From positions 62,001 through 126,000 of IMG/VR virus record IMGVR_UViG_3300020474_000001: a DNA stretch of 64,000 nucleotides, one strand, 5' to 3'. The notes beneath the pieces are model-generated. The model did not search any database. It was not told the origin of the DNA and was given only the letters and a program-made list of their open reading frames with translations. A program made the translations under genes and the position numbers. Shown here piece after piece: positions 10,364 to 18,101 of this stretch (positions are counted from its first letter, which is position 1; every line of letters starts with the position of its first letter).

Positions 10364-10955
10364 GGATTACAATCTCCTTTAAAATAGTTTTATAATGAGT
10401 TGTGTTGATATTTAGGAAGGAAGAATACTTCCTTATTTTAAGACTTACGGATTCCCACACCGGGTCTTGGAGTTTAGTATCAAAGTCAGTTCGATACTCT
10501 AGTATTTTATCACATATCACAAGAGTTTCAAGTGATATGTCCCCACTCAAGTACATTTTAAGTATTAGTGGATGAGAGTTTGTTCTTGCAAATAATGAAT
10601 CTATATCAGAATTTGCAAGAATAGTTGACATTTCTTCTTTAAAAACATATGAAAGAGATTGTGTTCGCTTTTTCCATGATGTATAACGTTCTTCTCCTTC
10701 ACGGATCATTTCACCGATCCATAGTTTCCCAGGATCAGTGCAAGAAACAAAATTTGAAATAAAGAATTCTACGACTTCCTGATCACTTTTATTTCTTGCT
10801 AGTTTTTCAAACCAGAAACGGTCCTTTCGTTTATAAAATGTCTTTACTGTCGCACGAGTTTTACCACAATACTTGTGATAATCATATTTATCTTTGGTAA
10901 AGTGATTCTTCAGTGACAAATAGCATTTATATGCATCAAAGGGCATCATCATCAA
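10353..10955 (-). CDS. gp59: Helicase loader gp59
   Basis: YKCYLSLKNHFT..YDYHKY.GK, FYKRKDRFWFEKL. Confidence 0.88.
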   Translation of the reverse strand: MMMMPFDAYKCYLSLKNHFTKDKYDYHKYCGKTRATVKTFYKRKDRFWFEKLARNKSDQEVVEFFISNFVSCTDPGKLWIGEMIREGEERYTSWKKRTQSLSYVFKEEMSTILANSDIDSLFARTNSHPLILKMYLSGDISLETLVICDKILEYRTDFDTKLQDPVWESVSLKIRKYSSFLNINTTHYKTILKEIVIHGT

Positions 10956-11209
10956 AGGGGTAGTTTCGCTCTGGATGTCTTCTTTAAGAAGTTAAGTTCC
11001 ATTGCTTCATACTTAATTTTTTCTTTCAATGGTTTTGAAATTAGCTTAGGAACTGATTCAATATCAATATTATTTTGTTCACAAAAATGAACAATTGCAT
11101 CAATGTACTTCATATCAGAATTGCACTGCACAATCTGCTCTATTTCTTGAACAAACCTAGCTGAACTAAAAAATTTTTTTTCCAGTTCCTTTTCTAATTC
11201 ATTTGTCAT
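10952..11209 (-). CDS. gp33: Late transcription coactivator gp33
   Basis: YIDAIVHFCE..IDIESVPKLISKPLKEKIKYEA. Confidence 0.88.
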   Translation of the reverse strand: MTNELEKELEKKFFSSARFVQEIEQIVQCNSDMKYIDAIVHFCEQNNIDIESVPKLISKPLKEKIKYEAMELNFLKKTSRAKLPL

Positions 11210-11885
11210 TGGTTGATAGTTGAGTATTGTGTTGTACAAATTCTTTAATATACCTCACTAATAGTTTAATATACTCGTCTTTATTCCTTTTGTCAAATAC
11301 CTTAACATCACCACCTGGTGTAACCATGAGGGTAATCAGTTTTTTGACAGGAATACCAGTCATTTCATAATATGCGGAAGCATAAAACATCTCTTGAACA
11401 AAGTAATTCTCTAACCACTTTTCTGGTTTAATTTTATCAGATGTTTTGAAGTCAATGACTGCAAGTTCACCTTCATATTCTCCAATGCAATCAACTCTAC
11501 CTGCCAATCCAAGATATTCTGAGTAAAGAGTACGTTCGATTGCATGGATATTATCAATACGATCAAGATAAGGTTTTGCATGCGCAAACATAATTTTAGT
11601 GAGTGGCATAAACTCACTCCAATCCATTTCAAGATTCATCATATATGCCTGGGCAGCTTCATGAAAATCAGTTCCTCTTGTCGTTGCCCTCTTTGTGATC
11701 CGGTCTGCTTCTGCATCCCCAACTTTCTTACGCCAATTAATAAAGATCTGTCGATTATAAAAAGAAGTTACAGAAGTAATTGAAGGAACCCAATCGCCAT
11801 TTGGCAAATTATATAATCTCATCCCTGAGGTCTCTCTTTTTGTGAGTTCAATGTCACCTAGGTGATTATGATGAATGAAGTTCAT
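11199..11885 (-). CDS. PD-(D/E)XK exonuclease (Cas4/lambda-exonuclease-like)
   Basis: PSITSV, RGTDFHE, AGRVDCI..IDFKTS. Confidence 0.85.
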   Translation of the reverse strand: MNFIHHNHLGDIELTKRETSGMRLYNLPNGDWVPSITSVTSFYNRQIFINWRKKVGDAEADRITKRATTRGTDFHEAAQAYMMNLEMDWSEFMPLTKIMFAHAKPYLDRIDNIHAIERTLYSEYLGLAGRVDCIGEYEGELAVIDFKTSDKIKPEKWLENYFVQEMFYASAYYEMTGIPVKKLITLMVTPGGDVKVFDKRNKDEYIKLLVRYIKEFVQHNTQLSTNDK

Positions 11886-11940
11886 ATTGTAGGAAAGGTT
11901 CTTAATTATTATACACCTTGATGAGGAATAATACAAGTCA

Positions 11941-12996
11941 TTAATCTAATAAAGAGAACAAACACTGCTCTTCAATCCATGCATAAGTCTTTTTAATTCC
12001 TTCTTCAAGTGTCATTTGATAGTCCCAATCAAGTTCTTCACGAATTACATCATTATTTGAGTTTCGACCACGAACACCAGTTGGACCATCAATATGCTTT
12101 GTGGCTACATATTTCTCTGCGACCTTCGCAGTAGTCTCTACCAATTGATTAATTGTAACCATTTCTTCTGACCCAATATTTATAGGACCAATGAACTCAG
12201 AATTCATTAACCTTCGAGTTGCTTCAATGCATTCGTCAATGAACAGGAAGGAACGAGTTTGTAAACCGTCTCCCCACACCTCGATAACTCCACCCTGGTC
12301 CGGGAGGAAAGCGATCTTACGGCAGATTGCAGCCGGTGCCTTCTCTCTTCCACCGTCCCAAGTTCCTTCGGGACCAAAGATGTTATGGTAACGAGCGATG
12401 CGAACAGGAATATCGTAATTCCTGTTGTATGCAAGATAGAGACGTTCGCTAAAAAGTTTCTCCCATCCATATTCTGAGTCTGGTGCTGCTGGGTATGCTG
12501 ATTCTTCACGGCAATCTGGGTTATCGGGATCAGTTTGATTATACTCTGGATACATGCAAGCAGAACTAGAGTAGAATATCTTTGTTTTATTTAACACAAG
12601 ATAATCATTAAATAATCTTTGAGATTCAAGAACATTTAGATTGATCTGTGCAGAGTTGTTCATGATAGCAGCATCATGCTCACCAGTAAAAACAAAACCG
12701 GCACCACCCATATCAGCGGCAAACTGATAGATCTCATCAAAACTATCATGATATTGCTGGGGAACCTCAGTATAAAAGTTACCAAGATATCCTTTAAATC
12801 TAATTACCTTATCTACAAAACTAGCAGAACGAAGATCACCTAAGACGAATTCATTCGCTTCAGATTCACAAAACTCTGGTTTCTTTACATCAACTCCTCT
12901 TACCCAGTAACCTTCGGATCGAAGTCGCTTTACCATATGACTTCCAATAAATCCACCAGCACCTAAGACAAGTGCTGTCTTTACATATTCACTCAT
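11941..12996 (-). CDS. NAD-dependent nucleotide-sugar epimerase (GDP-mannose 3,5-epimerase-like)
   Basis: GAGGFIG Rossmann motif, AADMGGAG, SSACMYP, YGWEK (YxxxK), GREKAPAA. Confidence 0.88.
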   Translation of the reverse strand: MSEYVKTALVLGAGGFIGSHMVKRLRSEGYWVRGVDVKKPEFCESEANEFVLGDLRSASFVDKVIRFKGYLGNFYTEVPQQYHDSFDEIYQFAADMGGAGFVFTGEHDAAIMNNSAQINLNVLESQRLFNDYLVLNKTKIFYSSSACMYPEYNQTDPDNPDCREESAYPAAPDSEYGWEKLFSERLYLAYNRNYDIPVRIARYHNIFGPEGTWDGGREKAPAAICRKIAFLPDQGGVIEVWGDGLQTRSFLFIDECIEATRRLMNSEFIGPINIGSEEMVTINQLVETTAKVAEKYVATKHIDGPTGVRGRNSNNDVIREELDWDYQMTLEEGIKKTYAWIEEQCLFSLLD

Positions 12997-13017
12997 GATA
13001 ATTAGATTCCTCCAGAA

Positions 13018-13767
13018 TTACAATCCAAGTTCATGTTTTGCAACCAAATATTCCTTACAAAGTCCAGATCTTACGATGTCATCTAAACCAAATTCAATGA
13101 TATCCATAGATGGCATATTCCGAAGAATATTCATAAAGTCAATGATGCCATTCTTTTCATTGGTCTTAATCAAATCAGTTTGAGTTGCATCACCACAGAA
13201 CATGATCTTTGCATCCTCACCTACACGAGTGATTATACTATCTAACTCATGAAAGTTCAAGTTCTGGAATTCGTCGATAATCAAAATAGAACGATCAAGT
13301 GTAGTACCACGAATGAATGATGTGCTCCAGAAACTAATAGTCTCTTGTGCTTTCAAATTTCCATAAAGCATTTCAAAGTCAGCTTGAGTGGGAAGTTCAA
13401 ACATAAACTTTACCATATTCTTATAAGGAATTTGATAAAGAGAACTCTTGTCCTCATGATCACCAGGTAAGAAACCAATCTCACGAGTTGCTACAAGAGA
13501 CCTTACGATGTAAATCTTATCATATGGTGTATTTGGATTTAAAACGTCTCTGAGGGCATTGTAGAGGGTAATGAAGGTCTTTCCTGTACCCGCTGCACCA
13601 TATGCAATGATGTTTTGCCCCTTCTTATATTGTTCAAATAATTTTTCTTGATTTTCTGTCAAAGGTTCGACAGTTTTCATCAAGTCTGCATTAAGCGGTT
13701 TCTTCCTTTTCATCTGTCGATTACTCATTCCAAAAGGTGATACTGACTTTGAATTCCTCTTTGGCAT
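13018..13767 (-). CDS. phoH: PhoH-family ATPase
   Basis: GAAGTGKT Walker A, IGFLPG, RGTTL, IIDEFQN, GDATQTD. Confidence 0.95.
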   Translation of the reverse strand: MPKRNSKSVSPFGMSNRQMKRKKPLNADLMKTVEPLTENQEKLFEQYKKGQNIIAYGAAGTGKTFITLYNALRDVLNPNTPYDKIYIVRSLVATREIGFLPGDHEDKSSLYQIPYKNMVKFMFELPTQADFEMLYGNLKAQETISFWSTSFIRGTTLDRSILIIDEFQNLNFHELDSIITRVGEDAKIMFCGDATQTDLIKTNEKNGIIDFMNILRNMPSMDIIEFGLDDIVRSGLCKEYLVAKHELGL

Positions 13768-13816
13768 ACTCTTCTATCTGTTTGTTTAAAGTTGGGGGTG
13801 ATTGGAATGTTAGATC

Positions 13817-14059
13817 TTAATGTGGTCTAACATTTGAACCAGGCATTTTCCCAACCCTCCGCAACACATCATTGAATCCTGGATGAGACTTCTTCATCTT
13901 ATCCTGAAACTCTCCAACTTCTCCAACACCAGCAACACCAGCAGACCAATCCTTATCCCATTCTGGATTATCTTTTCTCCATTGATCATACTCACTCATT
14001 GTCATACGGAGCTCTTTTTTCTCTTTGCTCTCCTTATGAATTACAGGATACGTTGGCAT
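13817..14059 (-). CDS. Conserved cyanophage hypothetical protein
   Basis: MPTYPVIHK...WDKDWS; occupies the usual slot between thyX and phoH. Confidence 0.7.
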   Translation of the reverse strand: MPTYPVIHKESKEKKELRMTMSEYDQWRKDNPEWDKDWSAGVAGVGEVGEFQDKMKKSHPGFNDVLRRVGKMPGSNVRPH

Positions 14060-14083
14060 ACTCATTCTCCTTTGTCTAGTTAT

Positions 14084-14818
14084 TTATTCAAGTGTGATGG
14101 CAGATTGATCAAAGCATTCTGGACAATCTGGTTTAGCTTCCCAACCTAGTGCTTCAGCAACTTCAGGAAACTGACAGATAAAGATACACTTACATCCTTC
14201 TGCAATGTCCATGTGCTCCTTCTGTGTACCGTTTGCAGACCTTAAATTGATGTAATGTATCCAAGACCTTACTGAACCTGTCATATAGATCCTTGTAGGT
14301 GTTGCTAAGGGCAATGCAAACCTAGCACACTCTTTTGCAATTCCCTCATCTATCATCTCACGATACAAGTCCATCCCTTCACGAAAATGTTTCTGAATTA
14401 AAATCTCATATCGTTGTCTTGTAAATGGATCAATATCATCAATACTGTTCTGACGATTCTTTGTATCCTGCCTTCTCAGATCTGGAAGAGGAATATCCTG
14501 TGCTAACAATGAACTATCAGCATAGCGTTGTGAAAATTCTTGATATGTAAATGATCTATGACGTAGAATTTGAGCTGCTAATCCCCTAGTAGTGTTGATC
14601 TCTAGAGTCATACTTGCTTGCTCAAAGATCGACCAGTGTTCATGTTTGATACAGTATCTAAGAAGACCTGCAGAAGTATCAAAGTTTAATTGATTATTTG
14701 GGTTGCTTACACGAGCAACATATGAAATAACTTCTTGTGCTGTTTTTCCAAGAAGTTCACCTGCACCTTTAGTTAGTGCAATAAGCTTTACTTGATCAGT
14801 CTGGATACCCATCATCAT
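14084..14818 (-). CDS. thyX: Flavin-dependent thymidylate synthase
   Basis: RHRSFTYQEFSQRY ThyX motif, ARVS, HWSIFEQ; likely start at the MMM overlapping the upstream gene. Confidence 0.95.
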   Translation of the reverse strand: MMMGIQTDQVKLIALTKGAGELLGKTAQEVISYVARVSNPNNQLNFDTSAGLLRYCIKHEHWSIFEQASMTLEINTTRGLAAQILRHRSFTYQEFSQRYADSSLLAQDIPLPDLRRQDTKNRQNSIDDIDPFTRQRYEILIQKHFREGMDLYREMIDEGIAKECARFALPLATPTRIYMTGSVRSWIHYINLRSANGTQKEHMDIAEGCKCIFICQFPEVAEALGWEAKPDCPECFDQSAITLE

Positions 14819-14981
14819 CTCCTGTATACACTTCATCATAGTCACTAATGTAGTTTGCAATCTCTGCATACTGATCACTTTGTGGTTTATATGCATCAAC
14901 ATCAGAATAAACTTCTGACTTTAATACTTCCACAAGAGACTCTAAGTTTTTTATGATAAGCTTAAGCTTTTCTCTGTTCAT
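14796..14981 (-). CDS. Conserved cyanophage hypothetical protein
   Basis: 61 aa, LKSEVYSD...DDDGYPD. Confidence 0.7.
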   Translation of the reverse strand: MNREKLKLIIKNLESLVEVLKSEVYSDVDAYKPQSDQYAEIANYISDYDEVYTGDDDGYPD

Positions 14982-15004
14982 TTCTTATCAACTCTGGCAT
15001 AGTT

Positions 15005-15041
15005 ATTATAGACAAAAAAAGAGGGTCTGTCAAGACCCTCT
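15005..15041 (-). terminator. Terminator fused with a sigma70 promoter
   Basis: AGAGGGTCT/AGACCCTCT hairpin plus U-tract; TTGACA (15033-15028)-17nt-TATAAT (15010-15005). Confidence 0.85.
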
Positions 15042-15049
15042 GTATGAAT

Positions 15050-15277
15050 TTACCAATCTAGGTGCCACATATCTTTCGGACTTTTGCCCGTAGCTTTTTG
15101 GTAGAACCATTCAAGCGAGTTAACCATTACCCATTTCTGGTAGTTAACTCCGCGATAACAAAGATTCGCGTAAACATATTCTGGTTCTATTGGTCTATTG
15201 ACTTTTGTTGTTGCAAAATCCTTTGGTAATTGGTAATACATTAAGTTAGCTTCTTTGGGTGCATATAGCGATGCCAT
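15050..15277 (-). CDS. Small protein with a DUF4278-like YRGV motif
   Basis: NLCYRGVNY; the start may be the internal Met at 15241. Confidence 0.55.
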   Translation of the reverse strand: MASLYAPKEANLMYYQLPKDFATTKVNRPIEPEYVYANLCYRGVNYQKWVMVNSLEWFYQKATGKSPKDMWHLDW

Positions 15278-15329
15278 AAAAAAGACTCATCACTACAACC
15301 ATTGCAAGACTAATTTCTAATACAAGCAT
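15246..15329 (-). CDS. 27-aa single-TM microprotein
   Basis: MLVLEISLAMVVVMSLFYGIAICTQRS, preceded by a GGAGGA Shine-Dalgarno. Confidence 0.5.
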   Translation of the reverse strand: MLVLEISLAMVVVMSLFYGIAICTQRS

Positions 15330-15441
15330 TACTTCCTCCCTGGCAGTGTCCTGCCATGCAGATTTGTGCTCTCAAAAGTTTTTCCTCTTTAATTTTTTTC
15401 TGCTTAATGATCTCTAAAATATTGATAGAGACTTTTTTCAT
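15310..15441 (-). CDS. 43-aa basic microprotein
   Basis: MKKVSINILEIIKQKKIKEEKLLRAQICMAGHCQGGSNACIRN; ATGA overlap with the upstream gene. Confidence 0.6.
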   Translation of the reverse strand: MKKVSINILEIIKQKKIKEEKLLRAQICMAGHCQGGSNACIRN

Positions 15442-15611
15442 TTTGCTACCTCCACACCACGATACTTAAGAATTCTCTTAGGTTGTGATGCCTCACCAAG
15501 TACTTTATTAGTGTACTCTGTGCTGTCATATCCTACACCACGATATGTGGTGCTGTAACCGGAATTGCGGTTCTGAACATGAACATTGATGAGTTCTTGT
15601 AGTGTATTCAT
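15438..15611 (-). CDS. DUF4278-like small protein (57 aa)
   Basis: MNTLQELINV...TTYRGVGYD...LKYRGVEVAK with two YRGV motifs; CAGGAG SD; directly downstream of the aptamers. Confidence 0.75.
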   Translation of the reverse strand: MNTLQELINVHVQNRNSGYSTTYRGVGYDSTEYTNKVLGEASQPKRILKYRGVEVAK

Positions 15612-15645
15612 TGGTTTACTCCTGAAGTAGTTGGATTTTTAGGTC

Positions 15646-15824
15646 CGTTCCTTCAGTCGTTTGCGTCCCATTTACACTCAGGTGTTGCTTCCTTTACAGT
15701 CTCAATCACCTCAGACTTAATAATTTTACTTACACTACTACTTGCTTCAATACGTTGGATCACATCCTCAGCATCGGTGCAATGTATAGCAGAGTAGAGA
15801 AAAAATTCAAACATGGGATGAACG
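15646..15824 (-). ncRNA. Glutamine riboswitch-like aptamer 2 (glnA/Downstream-peptide class) with an ORF-sized P2 loop
   Basis: 5' CGUUCAUCCCA ... UGGGACGCAAACGACUGAAGGAACG 3'; P1 CGUUC/GAACG, P2 UCCCAU/AUGGGA. Confidence 0.7.
15653..15814 (-). CDS. 53-aa microprotein nested in aptamer 2
   Basis: MFEFFLYSAIHCTDAEDVIQRIEASSSVSKIIKSEVIETVKEATPECKWDAND; intact 162-nt frame. Confidence 0.7.
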   Translation of the reverse strand: MFEFFLYSAIHCTDAEDVIQRIEASSSVSKIIKSEVIETVKEATPECKWDAND

Positions 15825-15827
15825 CCC

Positions 15828-16064
15828 CGTTCCGCGACTTACTTGCGTCTCAAAGCAAATTACACTCACCTTCGACTTTGCTTCTAAGATATCTAATTAG
15901 AAATCTTTTGGAGCCATAGTCCAAATTATCATCTTCGATAATCTCTGCTGCTCTTTCTTGCCACCTTTCACATGGCATATGCCAGTTATAAGGTTTAGTC
16001 AAATGATCAGCGTGAGAAGCGAAAATTGTTAATCCGAGTAAGATAGTTTGCATTGGGATGAACG
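15828..16064 (-). ncRNA. Glutamine riboswitch-like aptamer 1 with an ORF-sized P2 loop
   Basis: 5' CGUUCAUCCC ... GAGACGCAAGUAAGUCGCGGAACG 3'; P1 CGUUC/GAACG; extended P2 UCCCAAUGCAAA/UUUGCUUUGAGA. Confidence 0.65.
15850..16053 (-). CDS. 67-aa microprotein nested in aptamer 1
   Basis: MQTILLGLTIFASHADHLTKPYNWHMPCERW...VEGECNLL; the ORF-track start at 16107 lies upstream of the promoter. Confidence 0.7.
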   Translation of the reverse strand: MQTILLGLTIFASHADHLTKPYNWHMPCERWQERAAEIIEDDNLDYGSKRFLIRYLRSKVEGECNLL

Positions 16065-16071
16065 TATGGTT

Positions 16072-16100
16072 ATTATAACCGTTACTAACTATATAGTCAA
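16072..16100 (-). promoter_or_regulatory. Sigma70 promoter of the riboswitch transcript
   Basis: TTGACT-17nt-TATAAT; predicted start about 1-2 nt before aptamer 1. Confidence 0.8.
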
Positions 16101-16107
16101 ATAGCAA

Positions 16108-16123
16108 TGTAACATACGATACA
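16108..16123. promoter_or_regulatory. NtcA binding site
   Basis: TGTA-ACATACGA-TACA, a perfect GTA-N8-TAC palindrome just upstream of the -35. Confidence 0.7.
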
Positions 16124-16125
16124 AT

Positions 16126-16807
16126 TTAATAATTTCTCCCATATCCACCAGATCTTCCTTTACTAGTGTTTCTTTGAGTCCTATTTGTGTGATTATAGTT
16201 ACCAGAAACTCTCATTCCGGAATTTTCTCCAGCAGGAGAAGGTATGTTTCTAAGACTTCCAGAACTCCCTCTAGTATCTCTAGGTTTAGATCCATATCCA
16301 GTATTCTTCTGAACCTCTACTTCCTTTCTCTGAGGTCTATCATCACTATTACTTGCCTTAGATTTTTTCTGCGCGTCCTTCAATTTTTTAATTTGCACCA
16401 TCGTGCTTACCTGGTCCTGAGGACTGCCACCTCTTTTTCTTCCAAGTGAAGCAATCCTCGACGAGATCTTGTCATTGCCACCACCCTTTCCCCAGAAAGG
16501 TTTTTTCTCCTCTACAATCTTTGGAGATGACCTACGCTTAGACACTGGAAGTATAGGCTTAGTCGGCAATCTAAGTTCAGGTGGTTTAAATCCAGAATAT
16601 TCTTTATCAGATGCTATGATTTTATTTTTAATCGCTTCAAAATCTTTTATCTGCTCTTTACGAGCAATATGATCCATTGGATCTAACTTTCTGTTCTTTA
16701 TCTCATTCATCTTTGCACATGCAACCTTACGGCCAGCAGTCCAATACTGCTGACCTGGGCACGTATATTTACTAGATTCCGAAATAAATTCCTTGAAGGT
16801 TCTCATT
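16126..16807 (-). CDS. Basic putative internal head protein
   Basis: MRTFKEFISE N-terminus, K/R/S/G-rich; ATAAATA late promoter at about 16828-16834. Confidence 0.55.
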
Positions 16808-16833
16808 CGCAAGAACATTACTTCAAGTATTTA

Positions 16834-17148
16834 TCAGTCTCTTTGTCTCCAATCATCAGGTTTATCTCGCTTAAACCAATCTTTAATGTCTTCTGCACCA
16901 TCAAATCCACTCTTGTAGTTAGATGGATCTGGATCGCCCAACCCCATTTTATTCATAAAATCATCCATAGATCCCTCTTGGATGTCTTGTGCTGCTTGAC
17001 GACGTGCTTTATTTAACCAGTCTCTAGCAGTGGTATGAGATTTGGCAAGCTTCTCTGCCCAGATCATATCCTCTAGAGGAACTTGTTGCTTGTTTGCAAT
17101 ACATTGGCATATTGATTCCAGTCTAAGGCGATACTGAGTTGAAAGCAT
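16834..17148 (-). CDS. Conserved cyanophage hypothetical protein
   Basis: MLSTQYRLRLE..IC..KPDDWRQRD. Confidence 0.75.
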   Translation of the reverse strand: MLSTQYRLRLESICQCIANKQQVPLEDMIWAEKLAKSHTTARDWLNKARRQAAQDIQEGSMDDFMNKMGLGDPDPSNYKSGFDGAEDIKDWFKRDKPDDWRQRD

Positions 17149-17149
17149 A

Positions 17150-17341
17150 TTAGTCTCGTAGTTTAAGTTCTAGGTCTTCTAATTTGTGATACTCTGCATG
17201 AGCTCGTTCTTGACGAGCGCATATAATATCTAGGATATCATTGACGATAATGTCATTATCGACATAATCATCAAGGTACTTGTCGATTGCTTCCTTTAAG
17301 TAGCGGTGTCTATGCCACTCAGGACTGTATGGTTTGTACAT
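17150..17341 (-). CDS. Conserved hypothetical protein
   Basis: MYKPYSPEWHR; 63 aa; upstream TTGACA promoter at about 17387-17392. Confidence 0.65.
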   Translation of the reverse strand: MYKPYSPEWHRHRYLKEAIDKYLDDYVDNDIIVNDILDIICARQERAHAEYHKLEDLELKLRD

Positions 17342-17388
17342 AATGAAGTCAATGTATGTTCATATCATAGGATGGATTTGCCTGTTTG

Positions 17389-17715
17389 TCAACGTTCTAT
17401 TTGTCCAATGGAATGATCTCCTGCTTTTAACATATCTATAATCTTATAGCAACCCAATTCTGGTCTAGATAGTCCACAAGTGCAAATATCTGCCATAGCG
17501 CTACCAGTTTCTGGCCAAGTATGAATAGATATATGACTCTCAGACAGTAGACCCAAAACAGTAACTCCTTGAGGATGAAACTTCTTGCTTACTGCAGAAA
17601 TCAAAGTTGCACGACTTGCTATAGAAGCTTCTGTAATTACTCGTTTGAGAAATATTTCATTATCTAAAAGTTCATATGGGCAATCATATAAGTTTAGCAT
17701 ATAATGCTTGCCCAT
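17389..17715 (-). CDS. speD: S-adenosylmethionine decarboxylase proenzyme
   Basis: F.PQGVT..LLSESHISIHTWPE pyruvoyl cleavage motif (E|S), DICTCG. Confidence 0.9.
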   Translation of the reverse strand: MGKHYMLNLYDCPYELLDNEIFLKRVITEASIASRATLISAVSKKFHPQGVTVLGLLSESHISIHTWPETGSAMADICTCGLSRPELGCYKIIDMLKAGDHSIGQIER

Positions 17716-17738
17716 TATAGGATGTCCTTTGTTCACTT

Positions 17739-18101
17739 TTATTTCTTTTTATCCTCCTTATTTTTAGACTTGTATCCCCACAACTTGGGACTTACAGATC
17801 CATATCCAAAATCAATTTTTTGAACCGCACCTACACCATATTTGTCGTAGTACATATCAAATAGTTCGGATGTCTTTCTGCATCGGACCAAATCAACATA
17901 CTCAATGCCGTCAACTTTATACCAAATTAACCTTGCATCTGTTGGATAATTTTTGTCATTAGCTTGATGAAGTGTAGTCTTCTCTAGAAGAACTTGGCAA
18001 CAATATACCTTTTCATCAATAAAAACTGATTCTACTGGTTGGAGATCTCCTTGCATATCATTTTCCTGTTGTAAGCTTGCTGTCATGAACGGCCACCCCA
18101 C
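17739..18101 (-). CDS. Conserved cyanophage hypothetical protein
   Basis: FDMYYDKYG..IDFGYG.VSPKLWG. Confidence 0.7.
   Translation of the reverse strand: MGWPFMTASLQQENDMQGDLQPVESVFIDEKVYCCQVLLEKTTLHQANDKNYPTDARLIWYKVDGIEYVDLVRCRKTSELFDMYYDKYGVGAVQKIDFGYGSVSPKLWGYKSKNKEDKKK

Noticed and set aside
11199-11885. Cas4-like nuclease as a sign of CRISPR
   Set aside because: It is a core T4-like cyanophage exonuclease; no repeat-spacer array or other cas genes were seen.
13768-13816. Pho box upstream of phoH
   Set aside because: No convincing tandem PhoB-type direct repeat is visible.
16054-16107. ORF-track start at 16107 for the 85-aa ORF
   Set aside because: It lies upstream of the -35/-10 promoter; the ATG at 16053 fits the predicted transcript.
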